Part shown: piece after piece, positions 12,668 to 22,803 of the stretch
Layout of the letters: every line of letters begins with the position of its first letter
How positions within the stretch are numbered: position 1 is the stretch's first letter
Origin: Flavobacteriaceae bacterium
GTDB lineage: Bacteria; Bacteroidota; Bacteroidia; Flavobacteriales; Flavobacteriaceae
Reading direction: 5' to 3'
Assembly: GCA_038143595.1 (NCBI GenBank)
Contig: JAYQME010000002.1
Location: forward strand, 151,788 to 215,787
Length of the DNA stretch: 64,000 nucleotides
Translations under genes and position numbers: made by a program
The notes under the pieces: generated by a model
The model's database searches: none
What the model was told of the DNA's origin: nothing
The model's input: the letters and a program-made list of their open reading frames with translations, nothing else

Positions 12668-12681
12668 ACCCCCTTTTATTA

Positions 12682-13118
12682 ATGAAAAAAAACATACAAC
12701 CGCTCGTTTTCTTTACACCAAGTCATGAACGCCCTACAGGGCTACCCTTAGCAAACTCTGCTGTTTCAGCAGGTTTTCCATCTCCAGCTGATGATTTTAA
12801 AGAGTTACGTATTAGTCTTGACCAAGAAGTGGTCAAAAACGAAGAAGCCACATTCTATGCTAGGGTAGCAGGACAATCCATGCAAGGTGCAGGACTAGAC
12901 GATGGGGATCTATTAGTCATAGATCGAAGTAAAGAACCAGAAGACAATGCTATCGCTGTCTGCTTTATAGAAGGAGAATTCACTGTAAAAAGATTAAAAG
13001 TAGAAGCATCTTGTATATATCTAATGCCAGAAAACCCTAACTACAAACCAATAAAAGTAACCGAAGATCAACAACTTATTATTTGGGAGTAGTTACCTAT
13101 GTGGTAAAAAAGATATAA
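12682..13118 (+). CDS. umuD: UmuD/LexA-type S24 peptidase, frameshifted at the 3' end
   Basis: VSAGFPSPA cleavage site, GQSM serine and FTVKRL lysine. One added G at 13085-13087 gives IWGVVTYVVKKI-stop at 13118. Confidence 0.9.
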
Positions 13119-13127
13119 ATTATACCC

Positions 13128-13778
13128 ATGAAGCCTTTACTTACTTTACTTTTTGCTTGTCTAGGAGCCCTCAATATTGTTGGTCAAATTTATGGACATC
13201 CGCAATTAACTCAACTAAGTAAGGCCATGCTAATGCCATCGCTTTTTTTGTTGGTATACCTAACCGAAAATCCTTCAAGAAAATACCTCTGGGCACTATT
13301 TTTTTCTTGGCTAGGAGATCTTTTCCTTATCCCTAACGGAACCCCCTATTTCATTACAGGTATCGCTTGTTTTTGGCTCACCCAAATTGGATATTGTCAC
13401 TTAATTCTAAAGAGATTAAAGTGTCATTTAGGGGCAGCGTTTAAATCACCAAAAGGGCGTTTACCGCTTCTAATACTCACTGTTTATCTATTATTGGTTG
13501 TTTATTTAATGATCCCGCGTTTAGGAAATTTACTTATACCTGTAATGCTTTACGCGACTACCCTTGCCATTACCGGCTACTTAGGCTGTTTATTAGCTCT
13601 CGAAAAAAAGACGCTTAATAATCTTTTATTAGCCGCAGGAGCGTTACTTTTCGTTCTCTCCGATAGCATGATCGCTTTTGATGCCTTTTACTTTAGCGAA
13701 AAACAATTTGGCTACTGGGTAATGATTACCTATATCCCTGCGCAATTTTTAATTAGCAAGAATTTGGCTGTTAAATGA
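13128..13778 (+). CDS. YhhN/lysoplasmalogenase family membrane protein
   Basis: ALFFSWLGDLFL, LFVLSDSMIA and MITYIPAQFLI motifs. Confidence 0.85.
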   Translation: MKPLLTLLFACLGALNIVGQIYGHPQLTQLSKAMLMPSLFLLVYLTENPSRKYLWALFFSWLGDLFLIPNGTPYFITGIACFWLTQIGYCHLILKRLKCHLGAAFKSPKGRLPLLILTVYLLLVVYLMIPRLGNLLIPVMLYATTLAITGYLGCLLALEKKTLNNLLLAAGALLFVLSDSMIAFDAFYFSEKQFGYWVMITYIPAQFLISKNLAVK

Positions 13779-13817
13779 TAGTCGTGTATGTTTAAATAAC
13801 TTAATTAAAATAGATGA

Positions 13818-14498
13818 TTGTCCCCCCCACTTAACTACCCTAAACTACATCTTCTATTTTGGACAGCTGCCATCGTATCAATAACCGCTAAAATATTAAA
13901 CCTTCCGCTTGTTGATCATATTGTAATACCCATTTTAACCTTATCACTTTTAATTATTTATTATCTAAATAATGGACAAAACAATGCCTTTTATTTTTCC
14001 TTTTGTTTTTGCTTGCTCGGAGATTTAATGGTTATCATTCCAGACATTAACTATTTTTTTTCAGGCTTAATGTCTTACTGGGGTGCCTGTTTACTCTTTT
14101 ACTTAGTAGTTGCAAAAGAAACTGATGTATCGATTAAAACATTTATTCAAAAGCCTCTATTATTACTACCCTACGGCCTCTGTGGAATTTACTTTATTGC
14201 AATAAATGTTTTCCTTTTTCCACAGATGAAAGAACTCTTTATCCCCATTCTTATTTATGCTTTAACCCTTTCTTATGTATGCGCCCATAGAATGGTTAGT
14301 TACCTTAGTAACAAAAACACCCCCAATTTATATTTGTGTGTCGGGCTTGTATTATTGAGTATTGCAGCGTCATTTATAGGATTAAATAAATTCTATTTTT
14401 CTCTTTATTATCTGCGCGCTTTTGAGACCGTTTTTTATGCGCCTTCACTTTACTTTATATTTTTGTACTTTAATTACAAAAATAGATATGAAAATTAA
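13818..14498 (+). CDS. Divergent YhhN-like membrane protein
   Basis: FCLLGDL and PILIYAL motifs with multiple TM segments; the second conserved Asp motif is not apparent. Confidence 0.6.
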   Translation: MSPPLNYPKLHLLFWTAAIVSITAKILNLPLVDHIVIPILTLSLLIIYYLNNGQNNAFYFSFCFCLLGDLMVIIPDINYFFSGLMSYWGACLLFYLVVAKETDVSIKTFIQKPLLLLPYGLCGIYFIAINVFLFPQMKELFIPILIYALTLSYVCAHRMVSYLSNKNTPNLYLCVGLVLLSIAASFIGLNKFYFSLYYLRAFETVFYAPSLYFIFLYFNYKNRYEN

Positions 14499-15060
14499 TA
14501 TTTATTGGGCATTAACCTTACTCTCCATAACTAGCATATACGCACAAGGGGAATATGAGACTTCCTACGCCGCAGAAATAGAAGAGGAAGTTACCTATTT
14601 TGAACCGATCAACGACCCAACTAGTGAAGGACAAACCACTTTTGTACTCGAACTACTAGATTTAGCAGGATATCGTATTGATCAAATAAAAATTTACCAA
14701 ACTCTACCGAATAATGCACGGGTGTTTCAGGTAAAATACAATGATAAATTACAAGGTGGGTTCATTTTTATTAGATGGAATAAAGAAAAAAATGAAAATT
14801 ACGTAGCCAATAAACTTATTGATCCTGGAGTCTATTATAACCTAAAAGCAGCGAAAGAAATCATGCGAAGACAAACAGACAAAAAAGATTTCAGCGTAGA
14901 AGAGGCAGCACTTCAAGCACCAGATCAGGAAAAAATAAGTCCTGAAGATTTAGAAGGCCTAAGACAACAATATGACCTTGATCAGGAAAAAAAGAAACTA
15001 CAAGAGCTAGAAAAAGCAGCTGCAAAAAACAAGAAGAAAAGAAAAAGGAATCAGCAATAA
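14488..15060 (+). CDS. Hypothetical secreted protein with a basic C-terminal tail
   Basis: The ATG at 14488 gives a signal peptide MKINIYWALTLLSITSIYAQ. Confidence 0.65.
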   Translation: MKINIYWALTLLSITSIYAQGEYETSYAAEIEEEVTYFEPINDPTSEGQTTFVLELLDLAGYRIDQIKIYQTLPNNARVFQVKYNDKLQGGFIFIRWNKEKNENYVANKLIDPGVYYNLKAAKEIMRRQTDKKDFSVEEAALQAPDQEKISPEDLEGLRQQYDLDQEKKKLQELEKAAAKNKKKRKRNQQ

Positions 15061-15138
15061 AATGTTTAACATTTAATGTAAAATAGTTAAACAATATTTT
15101 GTGAGTGTCATTCATCTGGCCTATTTTTACCAAAAAAA

Positions 15139-17496
15139 ATGAAGCCTAGATTCTTCCTCCATTTATTCTTATTCTTCACCACTTACTTATTTGCACAAAA
15201 CAGTGGTAGCCTTAGCGGACGAGTAATTGATAATCAAAGTTTACTCCCCTTAGTTGGCGCAACCGTCTACTTGGAAGGCACTTCGAATGGAGTCATTACG
15301 GATGAAGATGGATATTTCCTTTTAGAAGATATTATTCCACAAACCTATAATCTTATAGCGAGCTATTTAGGTTATCAATCCCAAACAAGGTTTAATATTA
15401 TTGTAAAATCGGTTGGTACAGCAGATGTTTTATTTAAGCTGGAAGAAGACACCCAGTTATTAGAAGAAGTAGTGGTCGCTAAAAGCCCTTTTAGAACAAC
15501 CAAAGAAACTCCTCTATCTACCCAATCACTTTCTGCAGTAGAAATAGAGACTTACCCGGGCGGAAATAATGACATTGCCAAGGTTGCGCAAAGTTTACCC
15601 GGGATATCGCCCTCAATCGGTGGTTTTCGGAATGACTTTATAATACGCGGAGGAGCACCAAACGAAACTGTATATTATCTTGATGGAGTTGAAATTCCGA
15701 ACATCAATCACTTTAGCACTCAAGGAAGTGCTGGGGGGCCCGTAGGAATGCTCAACGTAGATTTCATAAGAGAAGTAACACTGTCTACCTCTGCCTTCGG
15801 AGCAGAGTATGACAATCCCCTTTCTGGTGTATTAGCTTTTGAACAACGAGAAGGGAATAACCAAAAATTAGCAACAAAAATTCGTATTGGTGCCAGCGAA
15901 GCTGGCTTGACCCTGAACACCCCGCTATTTAAAGGAGACCAAGAACGTTCAGACACCACTCTAATGCTATCGGTTAGAAGAAGTTACCTGCAATTTATTT
16001 TTGCACTTGTAGGGCTGCCTATTAGACCTGATTACTGGGATTACCAGTGGAAACTAAGCCATAAAATTGATTCTTTCAACACACTAAAATTTATTGGATT
16101 GGGCTCTATTGATGACTTTTCTGTTGTAGCACCTGATGATTTTGATGCTCAGCAACAATCCACACTAGAACAAGTTCCCATCATACAACAAAGAACCACA
16201 ACTCTTGGCTTAACCTGGGTTCGTAAATTTAAAAATGGTAAGGGAAGGATGGAGACCACAATCTCTAGCAATCGATTACAAAATTTATTTAGTCGTTTCT
16301 CTAATAATGTTGATAAAACAGGTCTGCTTTTTGAAAATGATGCTATTGAGCACGAGAAAAAGTTAAGGATGCACATCATTAACTTTACTGATGATTGGAA
16401 AATAAAATATGGGGTTAACCTACAACAAGCCGATTATACAAACAATACTTTGTGGTTGCAAGAAAATTATAGCTACGCTACCACCTTAGATATTCTAAAA
16501 TATGGCGCCTTCTTTAATGCAAGTCGTTCATTTATCAATGATCGATTAGCCCTTTCTTTAGGGCTAAGAACAGATGCCGATAATTTCACCACGGGCTCTA
16601 GCTTAATGGACAATCTTTCCCCTAGGGTTGCAGCAAGCTATGACCTAAGTAAGGATAAAAGATGGAAATTTAATGGATCCATTGGACGTTACTATAAAGC
16701 CCCAACCTACACTATGCTGGGCTTTCAAAATAACCTTGGTGAATTTATAAATAAAAACAATCGCTATACCCAAAGTGATCATTATGTAGCTGGTCTTGAA
16801 TTTAATTGGACACCTACTGCCCGTATTACCTTTGAAGGATTTATTAAAGACTATAGTCAATATCCTGTGTCTATTATAGATCAGGTATCTTTAGCCAACA
16901 AAGGAGGAGGGTTTGAAGTTTTAGGGAACGAACCCATTGATGATAACGGCCAAGGAAGAAGTAGTGGAATAGAATTGTTGTTCCAGCAAAAACTAACTAA
17001 TAATTTTTACGGGGTACTCGCCTACACTTATTTCTTTACGCAATTTAGTGCATTGAACGGCATAGAACTCCCTACCGTTTGGGATAGCAGAAATCTGCTT
17101 TCATTTACAGGAGGTTATAAGTTAAAACGTAACTGGGAAGTATCATTACGATTCCGTTATGCTGGAAAAACACCCTATGTTCCTACAAACTTAGAAACTA
17201 GCCTACAATACTATCCAAGAATAGCACTAGATTACAACCGCTTAGGTGAAGAAAAACTAGATCCTTTTAGCCAAGGTGATCTTCGAATTGATAAAAAGTG
17301 GAATTTCAAAAAAATGTCTTTTAATCTTTACTTTGAACTACAAAACTTCTTGGCGCAAGGAGTTCCTCGTCCACCAGATTATGGACTCGTAAGAAATGAA
17401 GATGGATCTATCGCGGAACCTAGAAGTTTAACGCTTATTGAAACTGACCGCACGGATACACCATTTCCTTCTTTTGGTTTTGTATTTGATTTTTAA
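15139..17496 (+). CDS. TonB-dependent receptor with N-terminal carboxypeptidase-regulatory-like domain
   Basis: SGRVID...GATV N-terminal domain, plug motif IIRGGAPNETVYYLDGVEI and C-terminal FDF; no adjacent susD. Confidence 0.9.
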   Translation: MKPRFFLHLFLFFTTYLFAQNSGSLSGRVIDNQSLLPLVGATVYLEGTSNGVITDEDGYFLLEDIIPQTYNLIASYLGYQSQTRFNIIVKSVGTADVLFKLEEDTQLLEEVVVAKSPFRTTKETPLSTQSLSAVEIETYPGGNNDIAKVAQSLPGISPSIGGFRNDFIIRGGAPNETVYYLDGVEIPNINHFSTQGSAGGPVGMLNVDFIREVTLSTSAFGAEYDNPLSGVLAFEQREGNNQKLATKIRIGASEAGLTLNTPLFKGDQERSDTTLMLSVRRSYLQFIFALVGLPIRPDYWDYQWKLSHKIDSFNTLKFIGLGSIDDFSVVAPDDFDAQQQSTLEQVPIIQQRTTTLGLTWVRKFKNGKGRMETTISSNRLQNLFSRFSNNVDKTGLLFENDAIEHEKKLRMHIINFTDDWKIKYGVNLQQADYTNNTLWLQENYSYATTLDILKYGAFFNASRSFINDRLALSLGLRTDADNFTTGSSLMDNLSPRVAASYDLSKDKRWKFNGSIGRYYKAPTYTMLGFQNNLGEFINKNNRYTQSDHYVAGLEFNWTPTARITFEGFIKDYSQYPVSIIDQVSLANKGGGFEVLGNEPIDDNGQGRSSGIELLFQQKLTNNFYGVLAYTYFFTQFSALNGIELPTVWDSRNLLSFTGGYKLKRNWEVSLRFRYAGKTPYVPTNLETSLQYYPRIALDYNRLGEEKLDPFSQGDLRIDKKWNFKKMSFNLYFELQNFLAQGVPRPPDYGLVRNEDGSIAEPRSLTLIETDRTDTPFPSFGFVFDF

Positions 17497-18212
17497 TTCC
17501 TGGGCAAATAAAACGCATTTACCAAGTTTTGGTGCTCTTTTGTTCGCTGATGACGCGTAACTTCCAAAGTAAGATTTGAAGAAGAACAATCACTTTTTTC
17601 TTTAGAAAAAGACAATAATACACGTTTAAAAGGAGCCGATTTATTTCCCCTAATTAAGGTCTTGCGAATTAGGTATAAATTGTTTTTCTCTGCCAAAGTA
17701 AGCGTTTCCGTTAATCGATCACTAGGAAGAACTAAAGAACACTTTCCTTTTGATGACAAAAGTTTTTGAAACCCTTTAAATAAAACTTCTAAAGGTAAAT
17801 AAGAAGTATTGCGGGCCTGATTTCGTCCTTCTTCGGAAATATGATCATTTCCTAAGTAATAAGGAGGGTTACATACAATATGATCGTAGAAGACATTTGT
17901 TTGTTTTAAAAAATCTAAAAAAGATTCCGCTTGACAACTTAGCCTATATGACCAAGGGCTCTCTTCGAAATTATAGGCCGCTTCTGCAGCTGCGTTTTCA
18001 TTAACATCAATCGCATCTATGGTGATTTTTGGAAAACGCTGCGCTAACATCAAGGCTAAAATTCCCGTTCCTGTTCCCACATCTAGCACTCTTTTAACCG
18101 ATCCATTAAGAAGAACCCATGCACCTAACAAAACAGCATCAGTGCCTACTTTCATTTCGCTGTCTTGTTGTCGGATAGCGAATTGTTGAAAGCGAAAAAT
18201 GGATGATTTCAT
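17493..18212 (-). CDS. tRNA1(Val) A37 N6-methyltransferase family (YfiC/TrmN6)
   Basis: MKVGTDAVLLGAW, LDVGTGTG and CNPPY motifs. Confidence 0.9.
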   Translation of the reverse strand: MKSSIFRFQQFAIRQQDSEMKVGTDAVLLGAWVLLNGSVKRVLDVGTGTGILALMLAQRFPKITIDAIDVNENAAAEAAYNFEESPWSYRLSCQAESFLDFLKQTNVFYDHIVCNPPYYLGNDHISEEGRNQARNTSYLPLEVLFKGFQKLLSSKGKCSLVLPSDRLTETLTLAEKNNLYLIRKTLIRGNKSAPFKRVLLSFSKEKSDCSSSNLTLEVTRHQRTKEHQNLVNAFYLPRN

Positions 18213-18225
18213 AACGATCTTTTTA

Positions 18226-18756
18226 TCAACGATAAAGATCTAAATAATCTTCGGGTAAGCGAATGGTTATATGACGCTTTTCGCGGTCAACCTTAACCAG
18301 AAAATCATCGTGTATAGGAATTAACAACTCATAATCTCCCTTTACTTGAAATAGCGCTTGATTCGTCTGATCATTCACTCCATAAATTTCACCTAAAGCG
18401 GGTTGTTTTTCTTCTCCTATGGTAAAACCAATTACCTCGTGATAATAGAATTTATTACCCGTTAATTTAGGTAAAAACGCCAAAGGTAAATAGAGATCTT
18501 TTTTAAGTAATCGATCAGCTTCAGCCTCCGTTTTTATATCCTCAAATTTTAAACGTAGTAGAGAAGATTTTTGGAGTTGCGCGTTTTCAATAAAAAAAGG
18601 AATCAATCTTTGTTTATCTTCTACAAAGATTGATTCCAATGCTATAAAATCTTCTGGAGTGTCTGTGTCGAGTTTTGCCAGCAGCTCACCCTTAAAACTA
18701 AATTTTGAAACGATGGTACCAAGATAGAAGCAGTCTTCTCTCTTCATCGAAATCAA
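18226..18756 (-). CDS. rimM: Ribosome maturation factor RimM
   Basis: [15 protein letters not shown] and FYYHEVIG motifs; directly downstream of rpsP. Confidence 0.93.
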   Translation of the reverse strand: MISMKREDCFYLGTIVSKFSFKGELLAKLDTDTPEDFIALESIFVEDKQRLIPFFIENAQLQKSSLLRLKFEDIKTEAEADRLLKKDLYLPLAFLPKLTGNKFYYHEVIGFTIGEEKQPALGEIYGVNDQTNQALFQVKGDYELLIPIHDDFLVKVDREKRHITIRLPEDYLDLYR

Positions 18757-19350
18757 TTATTCAGCAGCAGCTTCTCCTTCTTCAGGAGTAGTAGTTTCTT
18801 CTGCTTCTGCTACAGGTGCCTCTTCAGCAGGTGCTTCCTCAGCGGCGGCTTCTTCCGTTGCAGCTTCAGCAGCGGCAGCTTCAGCAGCAGCAGCCTCTTC
18901 TAGGGCTTTTGCCTCTGAAATACGTTTTTCGTTCACCTCTTTTTCTGCAGCGAGTTGTTTCGCTCTTGCATCTGCATCAGCTTTAGATAAACCATCTGCT
19001 TTTGCTTGTATTTTTGCGTCTTTCTCCGCTAACCATGCTTCGAATTTAGCTTCAGCTTCTTCTTGGGTAAACGCTCCTTTATTTACACCACCGTTTAAAT
19101 GATGTTTAAGCATTACTCCTCTGTAAGATAAAAGTGTTCTTGCAGTATCTGTTGGCTGAGCTCCGTTTTCGAGCCATTTAACAGCGCTATCTACATTGAT
19201 GTCTACGGAAGCAGGATTAGTATTTGGATTGTACGTTCCAATTTTTTCTAAATAACGACCATCTCTTTTGGCGCGCGCATCTGCTGCAACTACCCAATAA
19301 AATGGTTTTCCTTTTTTTCCGTGTCTTTGTAATCTGATTTTTACTGGCAT
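18757..19350 (-). CDS. rpsP: 30S ribosomal protein S16 with an Ala/Glu-rich tail
   Basis: MPVKIRLQRHGKKGKPFY and GAQPTDT motifs. Confidence 0.97.
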   Translation of the reverse strand: MPVKIRLQRHGKKGKPFYWVVAADARAKRDGRYLEKIGTYNPNTNPASVDINVDSAVKWLENGAQPTDTARTLLSYRGVMLKHHLNGGVNKGAFTQEEAEAKFEAWLAEKDAKIQAKADGLSKADADARAKQLAAEKEVNEKRISEAKALEEAAAAEAAAAEAATEEAAAEEAPAEEAPVAEAEETTTPEEGEAAAE

Positions 19351-19365
19351 ATCATATTAAATTTT

Positions 19366-19382
19366 AAGCGTGCCCGACGCTC
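19366..19382 (-). ncRNA. Candidate rpsP 5' UTR leader hairpin (S16-Flavobacteria r-leader-like)
   Basis: GC-rich hairpin GAGCGU-CGGGC-ACGCUU in an otherwise AT-rich UTR, between the promoter and the rpsP start. Confidence 0.5.
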
Positions 19383-19401
19383 TGGTTATTAATTCAGGGT
19401 G

Positions 19402-19409
19402 CAAATGTA
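19402..19409 (-). promoter_or_regulatory. Bacteroidota -7 promoter element for rpsP
   Basis: TACATTTG on the minus strand matches TAnnTTTG. Confidence 0.65.
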
Positions 19410-19506
19410 GCATTTTATTTAATAATTAATGACCACTTCAGTTGATTTAGTACTAAAAAAGTATAAATCTCCTTTGAATCAGGTTTGTAGAACCATTTTA
19501 TTCCAC

Positions 19507-19514
19507 TATTTTTG
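19507..19514 (+). promoter_or_regulatory. Bacteroidota -7 promoter element for tig
   Basis: TATTTTTG 25 nt upstream of the ATG. Confidence 0.6.
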
Positions 19515-19539
19515 CGCCCTAATTTATTGATAAAAATTC

Positions 19540-20871
19540 ATGCAAATTACTAGAACAGACGTAGATGCTCTTAATGCTAAAGTGGCCATTTCAATTGAGC
19601 AAAATGACTTTACCGATAAGGTACAGACGATTTTAAAAGACTATCGAAAAAATGCTAATATTCCTGGATTTAGGAAAGGTCATGTACCCATGGGCATGAT
19701 AAAAAAGCAATATGAAACAGCAGTAACTGCAGACGAAGTAAATAAATTACTACAAGAAAAACTAACTGGTTACATCCAAGAAGAAAAATTGGACTTACTT
19801 GGCAATCCATTACCTGTAATGAAAGAGGACATAGATTGGAAAGCCGATAGTCTTACTTTTGAATTTGAATTGGGGTTAGCTCCAAGCTTTGAAGTGAAAA
19901 TTAAAAGTAAAAAAACTATTACGCATTACCAGATTGAAGCCGATAAGAAAATGATTGATGAGCAACTTCAATACCTTCAAAAACAATATGGTAAAATTGA
20001 ATCTCAGTCTGCTATCTCAGAAGGATTAGAGCTTAACATCAAAGTTACTAATGAAGAGGCCGAAATAGATCAGACCACTATGGTTGAGTGGGATCAATTC
20101 AAAGGCAAAAAGAACCAATCTTCCTTAAAGGCAGCCCAACTCAACGAAGTGATTACCTTTAACACCAAAGGGCTATTTACGGAAGACCATATTTTAGCCA
20201 GAGCACTTGGAACTACAGTAGATAAACTCGCAGAGGCACCTAAAGAAATTAATTTAACCGTAACAGAAGCAAATAAACGCACCCTTGCGGATCTAGATCA
20301 AGAATTATTTGATAAGCTCTATGAAGAAGGTACGGTTAAAAATGTCACTGATCTGAAAGCAAAAATTAAAGAAGGTATTGAAAAACAATTTGTTCAACAA
20401 ACAGAACAAAAACTTCTTAATGATATTACAGAGACTCTGATTAGTGAGACTAAGTTTGACCTGCCCAAAGATTTTCTAATTCGCTGGTTACAACAAAGTG
20501 GTGAGAATCCATTGACAGAAGATGAGGCCAAAGAGGAGTTCGAAAAATCTGAAAAAGGGATTAGATACCAATTAATAGAAGGATCTTTGATTAAGGAGAA
20601 TGATTTACAAATCCAATTCGAAGAATTACAACTTTTTGCGAAAGATATGATCAAACAGCAAATGGCTCAATATGGTCAATTAAACCCGTCAGATAAAGAA
20701 CTAGACGACATTGCAGCAAGAATCTTTAGCAACCAAGAAGAAACAAAAAGACTATCAGATCAGTTGATGAGTCAAAAGTTGCTAGAATTCTATAAAGAAA
20801 ATGCTAAACTAAAAGTTAAGAAAGTAAACTATGAGGCCTTCGTTAAAGAAGCTTATGGTGCAGCCCAATAA
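19540..20871 (+). CDS. tig: Trigger factor
   Basis: IPGFRKGHVP ribosome-binding signature; tig-clpP-clpX order. Confidence 0.95.
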   Translation: MQITRTDVDALNAKVAISIEQNDFTDKVQTILKDYRKNANIPGFRKGHVPMGMIKKQYETAVTADEVNKLLQEKLTGYIQEEKLDLLGNPLPVMKEDIDWKADSLTFEFELGLAPSFEVKIKSKKTITHYQIEADKKMIDEQLQYLQKQYGKIESQSAISEGLELNIKVTNEEAEIDQTTMVEWDQFKGKKNQSSLKAAQLNEVITFNTKGLFTEDHILARALGTTVDKLAEAPKEINLTVTEANKRTLADLDQELFDKLYEEGTVKNVTDLKAKIKEGIEKQFVQQTEQKLLNDITETLISETKFDLPKDFLIRWLQQSGENPLTEDEAKEEFEKSEKGIRYQLIEGSLIKENDLQIQFEELQLFAKDMIKQQMAQYGQLNPSDKELDDIAARIFSNQEETKRLSDQLMSQKLLEFYKENAKLKVKKVNYEAFVKEAYGAAQ

Positions 20872-20906
20872 AATTACTTAACTTTATTGATCTTAAAAAA
20901 GAACCT

Positions 20907-21563
20907 ATGAATTACGGAAAAGAATTTAAAAAATACGCCACTAAGCACCATGGTATTAGTGCCATGCATTACGACAAAATCACTAGCAGTCTAACCCCTT
21001 ATATTATTGAGGAAAGACAAATGAATGTAGCCCAGATGGATGTATTTTCTCGCTTGATGATGGACCGCGTAATGTTTTTAGGGACAGCAATTAATGATCA
21101 GGTAGCTAATGTAATTCAAGCACAATTATTATTCTTGCAAAGTGTGGATCCAAAAAGAGATATTCAGATGTATATCAATTCTCCAGGAGGAAGTGTATAT
21201 GCTGGATTAGGCATCTACGATACCATGCAATATATTTCGCCAGATGTAGCAACTATTTGTACAGGAATGGCGGCCTCTATGGGAGCTGTGCTTCTTTGCG
21301 CAGGTGAAAAAGGGAAACGAACTGCGCTTCCTCATTCACGTGTTATGATACATCAACCACTAGGGGGTGCACAAGGACAAGCTTCGGATATTGAAATTAC
21401 AGCTCGCGAAATATTGAAACTTAAAGATGAATTGTATCAAATTATTTCGAATCATTCCGGACAAACGCTAGAAAAAGTTAACCAGGATAGTGATCGAGAT
21501 TATTGGATGAAAGCGGATGAAGCTAAAAACTACGGAATGGTAGATGAAGTTTTAATAAAATAA
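20907..21563 (+). CDS. clpP: ATP-dependent Clp protease proteolytic subunit
   Basis: [16 protein letters not shown] and MIHQPLGG motifs. Confidence 0.97.
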   Translation: MNYGKEFKKYATKHHGISAMHYDKITSSLTPYIIEERQMNVAQMDVFSRLMMDRVMFLGTAINDQVANVIQAQLLFLQSVDPKRDIQMYINSPGGSVYAGLGIYDTMQYISPDVATICTGMAASMGAVLLCAGEKGKRTALPHSRVMIHQPLGGAQGQASDIEITAREILKLKDELYQIISNHSGQTLEKVNQDSDRDYWMKADEAKNYGMVDEVLIK

Positions 21564-21576
21564 AACCTCGAGTATA

Positions 21577-22803
21577 ATGAGCACAGAAGAATTAACTTGC
21601 TCCTTTTGTGGGAGAACGAAGCCCCAGACAGATCTTCTGATTGCAGGATTAGATGCCCACATCTGTGATCGATGTATTGAACAAGCACATGGAATTGTTT
21701 CTGAAGAAAACCAAGAGGAACTCAAAGATAAAGAGAGTTTTGAACTCCAACATCCCAAAAAAATCAAAGCTTTTTTAGATGAATTTGTTATTGGACAAAC
21801 AGAAGCTAAAAAAGTACTTTCTGTGGCAGTTTATAATCATTATAAACGAATTTTAAACCCAGCGGTTGAGGCTGAAATTGAAATTCAAAAGAGTAATATT
21901 TTACTGGTAGGTCAAACAGGAACAGGAAAAACATTACTTGCACAAACCATTGCTAAAATGCTTCAACTGCCTCTAGCAATTGTAGACGCGACTATCCTTA
22001 CGGAAGCTGGTTATGTAGGCGAAGACGTAGAAAGCATTCTTACCCGTTTACTGCAAGCTGCAGACTATGATGTAGAAAATGCAGAAAAAGGGATCGTTTT
22101 CATTGATGAAATCGATAAGATTGCACGTAAAAGTGATAATCCTTCAATTACTCGTGATGTATCTGGCGAAGGAGTTCAGCAGGCATTACTTAAACTATTG
22201 GAGGGCACTGTGGTTAATGTTCCTCCCAAAGGCGGACGTAAACACCCAGATCAAAAGTTTATTGAGGTAGACACCTCTAACATCCTTTTTATTGCCGGGG
22301 GTGCTTTCGATGGAATTGAGCGAGAAATAAATAAACGCCTCAACTTGCAGGCAATTGGTTATAAATCTAGTGCAGCATCGGAAGAGGTTGATCGTGATCA
22401 TCTGCTACAATACATTAACCCTAAAGATGTAAAATCATTTGGATTAATTCCAGAAATAATTGGCAGACTTCCTGTGTTAACCTATATGCATCCCTTAGAT
22501 GAAAAGACACTTCGTGCTATTTTAACAGCTCCAAAAAACGCTCTGACCAAACAATACATAAAGCTTTTTGAACTAGACGGAATCGAACTAGAATTTACTC
22601 AGGGTGCATTAGATTATGTTGTTGAAAAAGCCTTAGAGTACAATTTAGGAGCAAGAGGATTAAGATCGCTTTGTGAAGCCATTTTAAACGATGCTATGTT
22701 TGAATTACCTGGAGGAAATCAAAAAAGCCTTAAAGTAACCAAGACCTATGCAGAGCAACAACTTAAGAAATCTAACACCTCTAAACTAAAAGCGGTTTCT
22801 TAA
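21577..22803 (+). CDS. clpX: Clp protease ATP-binding subunit ClpX
   Basis: CSFC/CDRC zinc finger, GQTGTGKT and [14 protein letters not shown] motifs. Confidence 0.97.
   Translation: MSTEELTCSFCGRTKPQTDLLIAGLDAHICDRCIEQAHGIVSEENQEELKDKESFELQHPKKIKAFLDEFVIGQTEAKKVLSVAVYNHYKRILNPAVEAEIEIQKSNILLVGQTGTGKTLLAQTIAKMLQLPLAIVDATILTEAGYVGEDVESILTRLLQAADYDVENAEKGIVFIDEIDKIARKSDNPSITRDVSGEGVQQALLKLLEGTVVNVPPKGGRKHPDQKFIEVDTSNILFIAGGAFDGIEREINKRLNLQAIGYKSSAASEEVDRDHLLQYINPKDVKSFGLIPEIIGRLPVLTYMHPLDEKTLRAILTAPKNALTKQYIKLFELDGIELEFTQGALDYVVEKALEYNLGARGLRSLCEAILNDAMFELPGGNQKSLKVTKTYAEQQLKKSNTSKLKAVS

Noticed and set aside
18760-18900. GCA/GAA-rich quasi-repeat
   Set aside because: It encodes the ordinary Ala/Glu-rich tail of Bacteroidota S16.
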